Of a stretch of DNA of 64,000 nucleotides, positions 19,394 through 29,493 are shown one piece after another. This stretch comes from Candidatus Latescibacterota bacterium (GTDB lineage: Bacteria; Latescibacterota; UBA2968; GCA-2709665): the NCBI GenBank assembly GCA_965219455.1, contig OZ244744.1, positions 2,112,001 through 2,176,000 on the forward strand. Reading direction: 5' to 3'. A program made the position numbers and the translations under genes. Each line of letters starts with the position of its first letter. Position 1 is the stretch's first letter. Below the pieces are notes generated by a model. The model did no database searches. It saw only the letters and a program-made list of their open reading frames with translations, and had not been told where the DNA came from.

Positions 19394-20188
19394 ATGTCCA
19401 GTCTTAGACCGATCTATTCCCGGACGCAGGAAAGGGAGCGGATACCCAACGAGGAGCCCGAACCCCGATCTCCGGTTCGCATATTACGGTGGATTGTCGT
19501 TCTGGCGCTTGTTGGACTGCTGTTATTCGGCATTCAGAACGCGTATTCGGCACTCACCGACTCCGACCTGTTTCGATTGGACCACATTACCGTGGTGGGC
19601 AACCGGCTGTTGAAGGAAAGCGAGGTAGCGATTCTTTCGGGCCTGGAGATTGGCGTCAACCTGTTTGCGGCCGATCTTAAAGCGGCGACACAGCGGTTAG
19701 TGGCCGAACCGGCGATTAAGGATGCGTTATTGCTAAGGCAACCTCCGGGAGGGCTGCTCATCGAACTGCAGGAGAGACGTCCGCTTGCGCTGGCCGCAAC
19801 ACCGCAAGGGCTGTACGGGCTGGACGGGGATGGCGTGCTCTTTCCGCTGCCGCAAACGCCGTTTAATCTGCCGATCGTGACAGGTATTGAAACGGCCGTG
19901 GACTCACCGGGGGTTTACCGGTTTTCTCACCTTGTAGCGTTCCTGGAACAGCTTCGTTCAAAAGCGCCCGCGTTTCTGGAACAGGTCTCCGAGGTACACC
20001 TTGTGTCTGTCACGGAGGCCAGGGTCTATCTGGTGGGAGATGGGCTGACACTTCGGATGCGACTTGAAGATGCGGTCGACCAGGTCCAGCGTTTTGATGC
20101 GTTTGTAAAGTCGCGGGCACACGGAATTCAGGCACCCGTCTACGTCGATCTCCGGTTTTCGAATCAGGTCGTTGTGGGTACAGGTTAA
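19394..20188 (+). CDS. ftsQ: Cell division protein FtsQ
   Basis: TM, POTRA (I.VVGN..L), ERRPLA, YVDLRF; lies before ftsA. Confidence 0.9.
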   Translation: MSSLRPIYSRTQERERIPNEEPEPRSPVRILRWIVVLALVGLLLFGIQNAYSALTDSDLFRLDHITVVGNRLLKESEVAILSGLEIGVNLFAADLKAATQRLVAEPAIKDALLLRQPPGGLLIELQERRPLALAATPQGLYGLDGDGVLFPLPQTPFNLPIVTGIETAVDSPGVYRFSHLVAFLEQLRSKAPAFLEQVSEVHLVSVTEARVYLVGDGLTLRMRLEDAVDQVQRFDAFVKSRAHGIQAPVYVDLRFSNQVVVGTG

Positions 20189-20245
20189 GGCTTTCGCAAA
20201 CCCGTACCCAGCACCTGTCCGGTAGTTGTCGGAAAGGAAGTGAGG

Positions 20246-21481
20246 ATGGCCAAAGAGGACCAGATAATTGGAATGGATATTGGTACGACCAAGATTTGTG
20301 TGGTCGTGGCCGAGGTGGGAGAAGACGATCAGCTCAAGATTACGGGTATTGGGACAAGCCCGTCCAACGGGCTGAAACGTGGGGTTGTGGTGAACGTGGC
20401 CCAAACCGTCCAATCCATCCAACGCGCTGTCGAAGAAGCGGAACAGGCCTCGGACGTACGTATCGGTGCGGTTTACGCCGGCATCGCAGGTGATCACATT
20501 CGCAGTCTGAATTGCCGAGGTGTGATCGCCGTTTCCGGGACCGACAACGAAATTACCGCTCAGGATGAGGCGCGTGTGATCGAAACCGCCAAGGCGGTTT
20601 CGATTCCTATGGACCGGGAAATTATCCACGTGTTACCCCAATCGTTTGTGGTGGACGACCAGCCGGGAGTCAAAAATCCGATCGGAATGTCGGGAGTACG
20701 CCTGGAGGCCGATGTGCATATGGTGACAGGCGCCGTGACGCCGGCCCAAAATATATGCAAGAGCATCCGAAGGGCGGGCGTAGAGGTTGTGGATCTCGTG
20801 CTGGAGCCGTTGGCATCCAGCTACGCCGTATTGTCGCCCGAGGAAGAGGAAATGGGTGTGACGCTGGTCGATATTGGCGGTGGCACCACTGACATCGCGG
20901 TATTCTACGACGGGAGCATTCGGCATACAGCCGTCCTGGGGCTGGGCGGTGAGAACGTAACCAACGACATTTCAATTGGATTGAGAACGCCCCTGGGCCA
21001 GGCGGAAAATATCAAGCGTTCGTGCGGCTGCTCGTCGCGCTCTTTGGTCGAAAGGGACGAGAACATACAGGTGCCCGGAATTGCCGGGCGACCCTCCTAC
21101 GAGGTGCCCCGCGAGGAACTGTCGGGGATTATCGAAGCGCGCATGGAGGAAATTTTCTCCCTGGTCCATAGGGAAATCCGCAGGACCGACTATGCCGATC
21201 TGCTGGCGGCGGGCGTCGTTATTACCGGCGGCGGATCGATGCTGGAAGGCACGGCTGAGCTGGCGGAGGAGGTATTTGGAATGCCTGTCACTGTGGGCAA
21301 TCCGAACGGCGTGACCGGCCTTTCGGACGATGTCATCTCGCCCATTTACGCTACCGGCGTCGGCCTGGTGAAATTCGGTCTGCAGCAACAGGAATTCGGC
21401 GGCGCGTTGAGGGTTGGCGGCAGTGATTCTTTCGGATCAGTTCTGGGCAGGATGAAGGCGTGGGTGAAGGACTTCTTTTAA
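20246..21481 (+). CDS. ftsA: Cell division protein FtsA
   Basis: DIGTTK, PIGMSGVRLE, DIGGGTTD, TGGGS, YATGVGL, C-terminal amphipathic WVKDFF. Confidence 0.97.
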   Translation: MAKEDQIIGMDIGTTKICVVVAEVGEDDQLKITGIGTSPSNGLKRGVVVNVAQTVQSIQRAVEEAEQASDVRIGAVYAGIAGDHIRSLNCRGVIAVSGTDNEITAQDEARVIETAKAVSIPMDREIIHVLPQSFVVDDQPGVKNPIGMSGVRLEADVHMVTGAVTPAQNICKSIRRAGVEVVDLVLEPLASSYAVLSPEEEEMGVTLVDIGGGTTDIAVFYDGSIRHTAVLGLGGENVTNDISIGLRTPLGQAENIKRSCGCSSRSLVERDENIQVPGIAGRPSYEVPREELSGIIEARMEEIFSLVHREIRRTDYADLLAAGVVITGGGSMLEGTAELAEEVFGMPVTVGNPNGVTGLSDDVISPIYATGVGLVKFGLQQQEFGGALRVGGSDSFGSVLGRMKAWVKDFF

Positions 21482-21578
21482 TGTGAACACGGTCGGTTCC
21501 GGCCGGATTCACAACAGACACGAATATCAACCGATGGGGTTTGCCCGCTCCACAACGCGAATTGATAGGAGAAGCTAA

Positions 21579-22742
21579 ATGGTGACATTTTCAATTGTTG
21601 ACAATGACAACCAGGCGAAGATGCGGGTTGTGGGGGTCGGCGGCGCCGGAGGCAACGCGGTGAACCGGATGATCGCATCGGACCTCAAGGGTGTGGAGTT
21701 CATCGCGGTTAATTCGGATCTGCAGGATCTGGATAAATCCGAAGCATCAAAGCGTGTACAAATTGGCCAGGCGATTACAAAAGGGCTGGGTGCGGGCGCC
21801 AATCCGGAAATCGGGCGGCAGGCCATGGAGGAAGACCGGGACCACGTCTCGGAACTGCTGGCCGGTTCGGATATGGTGTTCGTAACCGCCGGTATGGGTG
21901 GCGGTACCGGTACGGGCGCTGCCCCGGTGGTGGCAGAGATCGCACGAGAGGTTGGCGCGCTGACGGTGGGCATCGTGACCAAGCCGTTCAAAATGGAGGG
22001 CGTGCCCCGTTTACGCAACGCCGAGATGGGCATCGCTCAGTTGAAGGAATCCGTGGATACGCTCATTGTGATTCCAAACCAGCGTCTCCTGGACATCTGT
22101 TCAGAGGAGACGACGCTGCGCGAAGCGTTTAGAGTGGCAGACGACGTTCTGCTACAGGCCACGCGCGGGATTTCGGATCTGATTGCGATACCGGGCGAAG
22201 TCAATCTGGACTTCAACGACGTGCGCACGGTAATGCAACAGGGCGGAGACGCTTTGATGGGAACGGGCACGGCCAAGGGGGAAGACCGCGCGATTCACGC
22301 AGCCGAGGCAGCCATCAAGAGCCCCTTGCTGGAAGAACTGTCCATTGATGGCGCAAGGTGCGTGTTGGTTAATATCGCAGCCGGGAGTGAATTGAAGCTG
22401 TTCGAAGTGGACGAATCGGTATCTACCGTTACCAAGGCAGTTGGCGATGAGGCGAATATAATCTGGGGTACCGTGCTGGATGATGCACTCAGCGATGAAC
22501 TGCGGGTAACGGTAATTGCCACCGGTTTCGCCAAGGAAGAGGATCTCGTTGGAACAAAAGCAAGGCGTGTTCCGTCGGACAACCCTCTCGGTCTCGACGT
22601 TCCGGCGTATATGCGCAAAGCCGACACTGCCGAGGCGACGGAGCCGCAGGTCGCGCAGGAGGAAAACGCAGAGGGGGACATCTCACTGGACGACCTGGAA
22701 ATTCCGTCGTTCCTGAGGCGGCGTATGAAGGATACGGCCTGA
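21579..22742 (+). CDS. ftsZ: Cell division protein FtsZ
   Basis: [39 protein letters not shown]. Confidence 0.98.
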   Translation: MVTFSIVDNDNQAKMRVVGVGGAGGNAVNRMIASDLKGVEFIAVNSDLQDLDKSEASKRVQIGQAITKGLGAGANPEIGRQAMEEDRDHVSELLAGSDMVFVTAGMGGGTGTGAAPVVAEIAREVGALTVGIVTKPFKMEGVPRLRNAEMGIAQLKESVDTLIVIPNQRLLDICSEETTLREAFRVADDVLLQATRGISDLIAIPGEVNLDFNDVRTVMQQGGDALMGTGTAKGEDRAIHAAEAAIKSPLLEELSIDGARCVLVNIAAGSELKLFEVDESVSTVTKAVGDEANIIWGTVLDDALSDELRVTVIATGFAKEEDLVGTKARRVPSDNPLGLDVPAYMRKADTAEATEPQVAQEENAEGDISLDDLEIPSFLRRRMKDTA

Positions 22743-22800
22743 CGCACGACGACGCTCCTCCCCGAGGTGTGCTTTTTGGGGATGACGGAGGAACAAGGAT

Positions 22801-23790
22801 ATGGAGAGGGTGCGATGGGGTATTGTGGGATGTGGCGACGTGACGGAGGTGAAGAGCGGACCTGGATTTCGGAATGCGAACGCGTCGAAGTTGGTGGCGG
22901 TGATGCGTCGGGATGTGGGCAAGGCGGCGGATTACGCGAGCAGACACGGCGTGCCACGATTTTACGGGCAAGCGGAGGCATTGATTGACGATGCCGAGGT
23001 TGACGCCGTGTATGTGGCGACCCCACCTTCTTCGCATCTTGAACTGGCGCTGAATGTGGCCCGGGCTGGAAAGCCGTGTCTGGTGGAAAAACCCATGGCG
23101 AGGAATCACAGTGAGTGCCAGCAGATGGTGGCGGCCTTCCGGAAGAGTGGACGGCCGCTTTTTGTGGCGTATTACAGGCGGGCGCTGCCTCGATTCCTGC
23201 GCGTTCGGAAGTTGCTGAAGGAAGGAGCAGTCGGAGAGTTGAGTTCGGTACACATCACGCATTACGATCCGCTTGCCCGGGGTGACGCAGCGATTGGCTG
23301 GCGATACAGGCCGGAAATCTCGGGTGGGGGGCTGTTTATGGATTTGGGATCTCACGGTCTGGATTTGCTGGATTTTCTCGTGAGTCCGATCAAACGGGTT
23401 TGGGGATGTGCAACGAACACGGGCGGCGCCTACGAGGCCGAGGACGTGGTTGCGGCCAGCTTTGAATTTGAATCCGGGATCGTGGGAACGGGCATTTGGA
23501 ATTTCAACGCGGATTTTTCCGAAGATCGAATGACGTTCACAGGCTCCGACGGGGAATTGCATTGTCCGGTTTTTTCGGATACCGATATTCTGGTTACGAG
23601 AGGTGGCGAAACGACGGCTCTGGAATACAGGAATCCTCCCCATGTACATCAGCCGCTGATACAGACGGCGGTGGATGAACTCCTGGGAAGGGGAACGTGC
23701 GAGTCAACCGGCGAGAGTGCGGCACGGACCGGATGGGTGATGGATCGATGTCTGAAATCATACTACGAAGAACGCAGTCCGACGCCTTAG
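22801..23790 (+). CDS. Gfo/Idh/MocA oxidoreductase
   Basis: GIVGCG, VYVATPP..H, EKPMA, GGGLFMDLGSH. Confidence 0.92.
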   Translation: MERVRWGIVGCGDVTEVKSGPGFRNANASKLVAVMRRDVGKAADYASRHGVPRFYGQAEALIDDAEVDAVYVATPPSSHLELALNVARAGKPCLVEKPMARNHSECQQMVAAFRKSGRPLFVAYYRRALPRFLRVRKLLKEGAVGELSSVHITHYDPLARGDAAIGWRYRPEISGGGLFMDLGSHGLDLLDFLVSPIKRVWGCATNTGGAYEAEDVVAASFEFESGIVGTGIWNFNADFSEDRMTFTGSDGELHCPVFSDTDILVTRGGETTALEYRNPPHVHQPLIQTAVDELLGRGTCESTGESAARTGWVMDRCLKSYYEERSPTP

Positions 23791-23820
23791 CAGCCCGTCG
23801 AAAAAGTCCATCCGGCCTGC
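23787..23820. mobile_element. Solo left end of MITE family B
   Basis: TTAG-CAGCCCGTCGAAAAAGTCCATCC matches 16824-16850 except for one base; again begins at a TAG stop codon. Confidence 0.75.
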
Positions 23821-23827
23821 CGAGAGG

Positions 23828-24925
23828 TCAGGCGGTTTTCCCCGTTTGAAGGTATGCCTTCAGCGCGGACGGATCCATCCCTGCAATGCCGAGTTCAAAA
23901 ACGTCTCTACCGGAAGTCCAGCCGTCCATTCCGATGACGATCGATCCGATGTCGACCATCGCGCGTATGGTGGGAGCAGGTACATCGTACTGGGCACCGA
24001 CTGAGTGCCAGGCGGCCAGACCATACGGAATGTCTTCGGTGAGCCAACGGCTTTCCAGAGAGCCGGGAGCTTTGAGACGGGTGAGCATGTAGCTGCCGTT
24101 GATGGTGGCCCAAAGGTCGCCTTCCGGTCCGAAGCCGGCGCGATGAAAGGCGACATTCGCCGGGCATAGATCGTAACCGAGTCGCCTGGCAACTGCGCGG
24201 CGCTCGTCGTCCACCTGCGTGATCACTCTGGCCACGGCGGGGGTGACGCCCTCTTCGTAAAAGTAGAATTCACCACGGGAATATTCCACCCTGCCCGCGT
24301 TAAGGAGGACACCGGCGGGATGAACCACAGGGTTCATTGCGGCCAGGCCGCAGGCCATCACGTCCGGATAACCCGTAATGCCGGGAAAGAGGGAATCCAA
24401 CCGGCCCCGGACAAGTTCGAACTCGTTGGCTGGCAGTACGCCCAGACCCATGGCGGTGACGATGCCCCAAATGGTGGCGGTGTCCGGTGCCGTCTTCCGG
24501 CAAACGAACGGTGCAGTGTCCACTTCGGCGAGAACGACGCCCTCGGTGCCGACCTCGTGGAGGATTCGCGCCCATTCGAGGGTCCCGAGGGTGCCGGGCA
24601 TGATGACGACGGTCTGACCCGGTCGCAGGTACGGTGCGCAGACTTCGGCAAAGGGTTTGTGAGCATACGCAGGTACGATGAGCAGGATGACATCCGGTGA
24701 TTCAAGGGCTTCTTCGATATCGGTGGTAATGCGGTGGATCCTGGCCGGACCCTGTCCACCTGCGCCGAGCAGATGGATGATGCCGTCGTCTGCAACAGGA
24801 TCCAGAGATTCCCTGAATTCGGGAATCTCGTAGAGCGTGATCTCAAAGCCCTTCAGGCTGAGGTTGGCAGCCACGGCGAAGGCCGTGTTTCCGCCGCCGA
24901 GAACGGTTACGGTTTTTATGGTCAT
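23828..24925 (-). CDS. Opine (octopine/nopaline family) dehydrogenase
   Basis: VLGGGN Rossmann, NPVVHP, FYFYEEG, RWLTEDIPYGL. Confidence 0.9.
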   Translation of the reverse strand: MTIKTVTVLGGGNTAFAVAANLSLKGFEITLYEIPEFRESLDPVADDGIIHLLGAGGQGPARIHRITTDIEEALESPDVILLIVPAYAHKPFAEVCAPYLRPGQTVVIMPGTLGTLEWARILHEVGTEGVVLAEVDTAPFVCRKTAPDTATIWGIVTAMGLGVLPANEFELVRGRLDSLFPGITGYPDVMACGLAAMNPVVHPAGVLLNAGRVEYSRGEFYFYEEGVTPAVARVITQVDDERRAVARRLGYDLCPANVAFHRAGFGPEGDLWATINGSYMLTRLKAPGSLESRWLTEDIPYGLAAWHSVGAQYDVPAPTIRAMVDIGSIVIGMDGWTSGRDVFELGIAGMDPSALKAYLQTGKTA

Positions 24926-25211
24926 GATGTACGCCTCTCAAGTAGACAAGTGTGATACGTAAAAGGATTTGTCGTTGATTTGCATCCGGACTCGCGAGCC
25001 AACCTCCTGTTCATGTCAGGCATAAATATAAACTCGCTGCCGCAAGTGGACAAGGCCCGATTCGTTAAGATCCGCTGTTGATCCCAACGTAAGAGTCAAC
25101 CGTTTCATCCGCGCATCCAGGCTGAGATTCAGGAGTGGAATTCCTTGAGGGCCGCCCTAACCGCCAGGATGGTGGACTCCCTTTCGCCAGTTCAACACGA
25201 GGAGGAACGCG

Positions 25212-25721
25212 ATGCCCTACGAGGACCACAAAAAGCAGGCACAGGGCGCCGTTAACTGCGCCGTTCTCACCATCAGCGACACGCGGACGGAAGCCGACGA
25301 CAAGAGTGGCAGGATTGTCAGAGATCTGCTGGAAACCGGCGGTCACACGACGGGTTTTTACCAGGTCGTCCCCGACGACCCCGCCCGCATCCGGGATCTG
25401 ATCATCCAGATTGCTGACAGAGCAGATTGCCAGGCCATTCTGACCAGCGGGGGCACGGGAATCGCGGCCCGGGATACGACCTACGAAGCCGTGGTCGGCC
25501 TGCTTGAAAAACGGTTGGACGGCTTCGGTGAACTCTTCCGCTTCCTGAGCTGGGATGACATCGGCTCTGGCGCTATGCTCTCTCGCGCCGTCGCTGGCGT
25601 TTACCGCGACACGATGATATTCTGCATGCCCGGTTCCTCCGGCGCTGTACGCCTCGCTATGGAGAAACTGGTGGTTCCCGAACTCGCACACCTGGTCTGG
25701 GAAATCTGGCGCCAGAAATAA
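25212..25721 (+). CDS. moaB: Molybdopterin adenylyltransferase MoaB/Mog
   Basis: TISDTR....DKSG, VPDD, GGTGIAARD.T.E, GFGELFR, AMLSRA, PGS. RBS GAGGAGG. Confidence 0.92.
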   Translation: MPYEDHKKQAQGAVNCAVLTISDTRTEADDKSGRIVRDLLETGGHTTGFYQVVPDDPARIRDLIIQIADRADCQAILTSGGTGIAARDTTYEAVVGLLEKRLDGFGELFRFLSWDDIGSGAMLSRAVAGVYRDTMIFCMPGSSGAVRLAMEKLVVPELAHLVWEIWRQK

Positions 25722-25915
25722 CGCTCCATCACACGGACCTGCAGGAGCCCACACACCCTGCCGGCGTTTTCCTCCACGCTTTCGAATTCTTGTATCAATT
25801 GTGCGACTTCGCGCAAACATGCCCGATTCCAGGCAAACCCCGCAGCCACATTGATCCGCAATACGGCGTCTGGATGTGTTCGTTTTAAGCCATTCGCCTT
25901 TAATTACAGGATGCC

Positions 25916-27259
25916 ATGCCCACACGCGCGATCCATCTACTTGTGCTACTTGCCTTCGTCGCATGCGCGCGGTTCGCCCGCACCCACGAAGCCGGAATTC
26001 CCAGTCTATTCAACGCATCTTACGACACGGCCGCCCACGATGCCCTTCCCTCTCCCGTGCCGGATCGCATTGTACTCACGTGGGCCGGCGATCCGGCGAC
26101 TTCTCAGGCGGTCACCTGGCGAACCGACGCAACCGACTCCGTAGCCGTCGTCGAAATTGCCCCCGCCACGGCATCTCCCCGGTTCATGCTCAATGCTCGA
26201 AAGATCCCGGCGCGCACTAAGTCCGTCACTACGGAAAACGGCTCCGCACACTATCATTCCGCAGTCATTGACGACCTCCAGCCTGGCACCCTCTACGCGT
26301 ACCGCGTAGGCAACGACGACATGTGGAGCGAATGGTTTCAATTCCGGACGGCCACGGATGAACCCGCACCCTTTTCCTTCATTTACCTCGGCGACGCCCA
26401 GAACAATATCCTGTCGCTCTGGTCCCGAACCATCCGTGCCGCCTATGCGAACGCGCCCCACGCAAGCTTCATTCTACACGCGGGCGACCTGGTCAACCGC
26501 GCCAACAGCGACGGCGAGTGGGGTGAATGGTTCCGGGCCGGCGCCTTTCTCCATGCAACCATCAACGCCGTTCCCACTCCGGGTAACCACGAATACACCA
26601 AAGACCAGCACGGCGTCCGTCGCCTTTCCCGCCTCTGGCGCCCCCATTTCACACTGCCTCAAAACGGCCCCGAGGGCCTGGAAGAGACCGTTTATTATAT
26701 AGACTACCAGGGTGCCCGCATCATCTCCCTCAATTCCAACGAAGAACGCGGCGACCAGGTACTCTGGCTGGAAACCGTCCTCCGGGAAAATCCGAACCGA
26801 TGGACACTTGTCACGTTCCATCATCCAGTCTACGCCACGGGAGAAGGCAGGGACAACAAAACGTTGCGTGACCTGTGGAAACCATTGTTCGACAGATACC
26901 GGGTAGACCTCGTACTACAGGGACACGACCACACCTACGGCCGCGGTTCCAATCTCCCAACGGGCGCCATTGCCCGTAACGACGGAGACGGCACCGTCTA
27001 CGTCGTCTCCGTGAGCGGACCTAAACAGTACAAACTCACGTCAAAACGGTGGTGGCGACGCGCCGCCGAAAACACCCAGCTCTACCAGACCATCGAGGTG
27101 GACGGGGACACCCTGCGGTACGAAGCCCGAACGGCCACGTCCGAACTCTACGACGCATTCGACCTTATCAAACAAAGGGACGCTCCCAACATGCTCGTGG
27201 ACCGCATACCAGACACCCCGCCACGCACTCACCGAAACACCATCGGTGGTCGAGACTAG
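25916..27259 (+). CDS. Secreted purple acid phosphatase-family metallophosphoesterase (FN3 + metallophos)
   Basis: Signal peptide, PDRIVLTW..VTWRT, GDAQ, GDLV, GNHE, HHP, GHDH. Confidence 0.9.
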   Translation: MPTRAIHLLVLLAFVACARFARTHEAGIPSLFNASYDTAAHDALPSPVPDRIVLTWAGDPATSQAVTWRTDATDSVAVVEIAPATASPRFMLNARKIPARTKSVTTENGSAHYHSAVIDDLQPGTLYAYRVGNDDMWSEWFQFRTATDEPAPFSFIYLGDAQNNILSLWSRTIRAAYANAPHASFILHAGDLVNRANSDGEWGEWFRAGAFLHATINAVPTPGNHEYTKDQHGVRRLSRLWRPHFTLPQNGPEGLEETVYYIDYQGARIISLNSNEERGDQVLWLETVLRENPNRWTLVTFHHPVYATGEGRDNKTLRDLWKPLFDRYRVDLVLQGHDHTYGRGSNLPTGAIARNDGDGTVYVVSVSGPKQYKLTSKRWWRRAAENTQLYQTIEVDGDTLRYEARTATSELYDAFDLIKQRDAPNMLVDRIPDTPPRTHRNTIGGRD

Positions 27260-27292
27260 ACTGGCCGAACATGGACCACGCTTCCTCAAGCG

Positions 27293-27525
27293 CCCTTCGA
27301 CAGCCTCAGGAACCGGCGCCTGCGACCTGAGCCGCTCCCTGAGCTTGTCGATGGGTCGGCGAAGGGCGTAGAAGGATTCCAAACAGGTGACGAAACACGG
27401 GCATTTCGACAAGCTCAATGACCACGTTCCGAATTGCTCAGTGCGTGCAACGCCGCGAGACCTGCCTGCTGAAGCATGCGAGGCAGGCGGAAGTATGGTG
27501 ACAGAATACCGGGAAAGGACACCAG
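27293..27525. repeat. MITE family A copy with several CTTCGACA(A)GCTCA-type palindromes
   Basis: 33-nt identity CCTGCCTGCTGAAGCATGCGAGGCAGGCGGAAG (27461-27493 = 59192-59224). The right end GGAAGTATGGTGACA...CCGGGAAAGGACACCAG resembles 378-414. Confidence 0.75.
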
Positions 27526-27541
27526 CCAACCGGGAGGGATT

Positions 27542-28495
27542 ATGCCGAGGGTGGGGCTGATCGCGCATCCTGATTTTTCGCAGCATGAAACCGGTTCCGG
27601 GCACCCGGAACGACCTGAGAGGCTCCACGCAATCCAAAGACGATTGGATGAAACCGGTCTCCAAGGCCGGCTCTTTGACATCGCGCCGAGAATGCTTGAA
27701 GCCGGCTGGCTGGAGAAAGTCCACACTTCCCGGCATATCGCCGATGTACAACGCCGGTGCGAACAGAACATGCGCCTCATGGACGCAGCCGACACCTTTA
27801 TATGCCCTGCATCCTTCAACGTTGGCCGTCTCGCGGCAGGTGCAGCCTGCGAGGCGGTTGACGCCGTCATGAATAGCCGTGCCGACGCCGTATTCTGCGC
27901 CACGCGTCCACCGGGCCATCATGCGGAACGCGACACGGCGATGGGCTTCTGCCTGTTCAACAACGTGGCCGTCGCCGCGCGATACATCCAGTCTGCCCAC
28001 CGTCTGGAACGCATCCTGATCGTTGACTGGGACGTGCATCACGGAAACGGTACGCAGCACATCTTCGAAGAAGACCCCACCGTTTTCTACTTCAGTACCC
28101 ATCAGTACCCCCACTATCCGTGGTTTAGCGGCAGCAGCGGCGAAATGGGAATCGGCGCAGGTAAAGGAGCGAACCTGAACGCGCCCCTGCCCGCCGGGGC
28201 GGGCGACGAACAATACCTTCGCGCGTTCGACGAACTACTGGCCCCGGCAATGGAACGTTTCCGCCCGGAATTCGTCATCGTCTCCGCGGGATTCGACGCG
28301 CACGTCGACGACCCCCTGTCCGCCACACAGGTCACCGAAGAAGGATTCGCCGAAATGACGCGCCGGGCACAGAAAATCGCAAGGATCTACGCCAACGATC
28401 ATCTGATTTCGGTTCTGGAAGGCGGCTACGACCTCAACGGCCTCGCCCGTAGCGTCGAATACCACTTAAGCGCCCTTTTGGAAAACGGTGAGTAG
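27542..28495 (+). CDS. Histone deacetylase-family (AcuC/APAH-like) amidohydrolase
   Basis: HPE.P.R, RPPGHHA, GFCLFNN, DWDVHHGNGTQ, SAGFD, LEGGY. Confidence 0.94.
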   Translation: MPRVGLIAHPDFSQHETGSGHPERPERLHAIQRRLDETGLQGRLFDIAPRMLEAGWLEKVHTSRHIADVQRRCEQNMRLMDAADTFICPASFNVGRLAAGAACEAVDAVMNSRADAVFCATRPPGHHAERDTAMGFCLFNNVAVAARYIQSAHRLERILIVDWDVHHGNGTQHIFEEDPTVFYFSTHQYPHYPWFSGSSGEMGIGAGKGANLNAPLPAGAGDEQYLRAFDELLAPAMERFRPEFVIVSAGFDAHVDDPLSATQVTEEGFAEMTRRAQKIARIYANDHLISVLEGGYDLNGLARSVEYHLSALLENGE

Positions 28496-28623
28496 ACTGC
28501 AGCTATTCTGAATCCGATCACGTGCCGACGGAACCTTTAACTCGATTCAGTCGTCTACTACTTCGACTGCCCGCACTTCGGCCGTCATCGGTCGTTTGCG
28601 TCGAACCCGTCCATGGAGGTTCA

Positions 28624-29493
28624 GTGAGCACAAACGATCCCGTTGTTGCATTCCAGGGAGAAATGGGCGCCTTCAGCGAAATGGCCGCCCGCAGTTACTT
28701 TTACGAGAACGTCCATGTGGCCCCACAGCCCGATTTCGAAGGCCTATTCAACGCGGTCTCCGGCGGCGTATGCACGCACGGCATGGTACCCATAGAGAAT
28801 TCCCTCATGGGAAGCATCCACGAAAACTACGATCTGCTCCTCCGGCAGGATCTCTACATCGTGGGCGAAATCAAGCTGCGCATCATGCACAACCTCATTG
28901 TCAATCCCGGCGTCAGGATGGAAGACGTCAGACAGATCTACTCACAGGCGCCTGCCCTGGCGCAGTGTACCGAGTTCATTCGATCCAAGAAAGGTGTCGA
29001 AACTGTCGTTGCCCACGACACGGCCGGCGCCGTCAAACAGATCAAGGAAGAGAACGCAAGAGATGCCGCTGCCATCGCCAGCGCACAGGCGGCCATCGAC
29101 TACGACCTGGAAATCCTTCGGGAGGGTCTTGAAAACGACCATCGGAATTACACCCGGTTTCTGGTCGTTGCCTCCGAACCTGCTGAACCCGTCGGACCCG
29201 CAAAAACCACCGTCGTCTATGCACTGGATCACATCCCCGGTGCCCTTTTCAAGAGTCTGGGCGTATTTGCGATGCGGGATATCAACCTGCTCAAAATCGA
29301 ATCGCGCCCGTTAAGCGGCCGGCCCTGGGAGTATGTCTTCTACCTGGATTTTGAAGGCCATCTGTCAAGTGAAAAAAACCGACAGGCGGTTGAGCACCTC
29401 GAACAAATGGCCAGCTTCCTCAAAATCCTCGGCTCCTACACGCATGGCAAGACTGTCGAAGGCAGTTTGCGGGAAAAGAGGGTAGCCCCATGA
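28624..29493 (+). CDS. pheA: Prephenate dehydratase (PDT + ACT, no chorismate mutase domain)
   Basis: AFQGE.GAFSE, PIENS, NYTRF, IESRP. GTG start after GGAGG. Confidence 0.92.
   Translation: MSTNDPVVAFQGEMGAFSEMAARSYFYENVHVAPQPDFEGLFNAVSGGVCTHGMVPIENSLMGSIHENYDLLLRQDLYIVGEIKLRIMHNLIVNPGVRMEDVRQIYSQAPALAQCTEFIRSKKGVETVVAHDTAGAVKQIKEENARDAAAIASAQAAIDYDLEILREGLENDHRNYTRFLVVASEPAEPVGPAKTTVVYALDHIPGALFKSLGVFAMRDINLLKIESRPLSGRPWEYVFYLDFEGHLSSEKNRQAVEHLEQMASFLKILGSYTHGKTVEGSLREKRVAP

Noticed and set aside
25040-25211. Moco riboswitch upstream of moaB
   Set aside because: I could not identify the characteristic stems or GNRA loop by eye; an Rfam search is needed.
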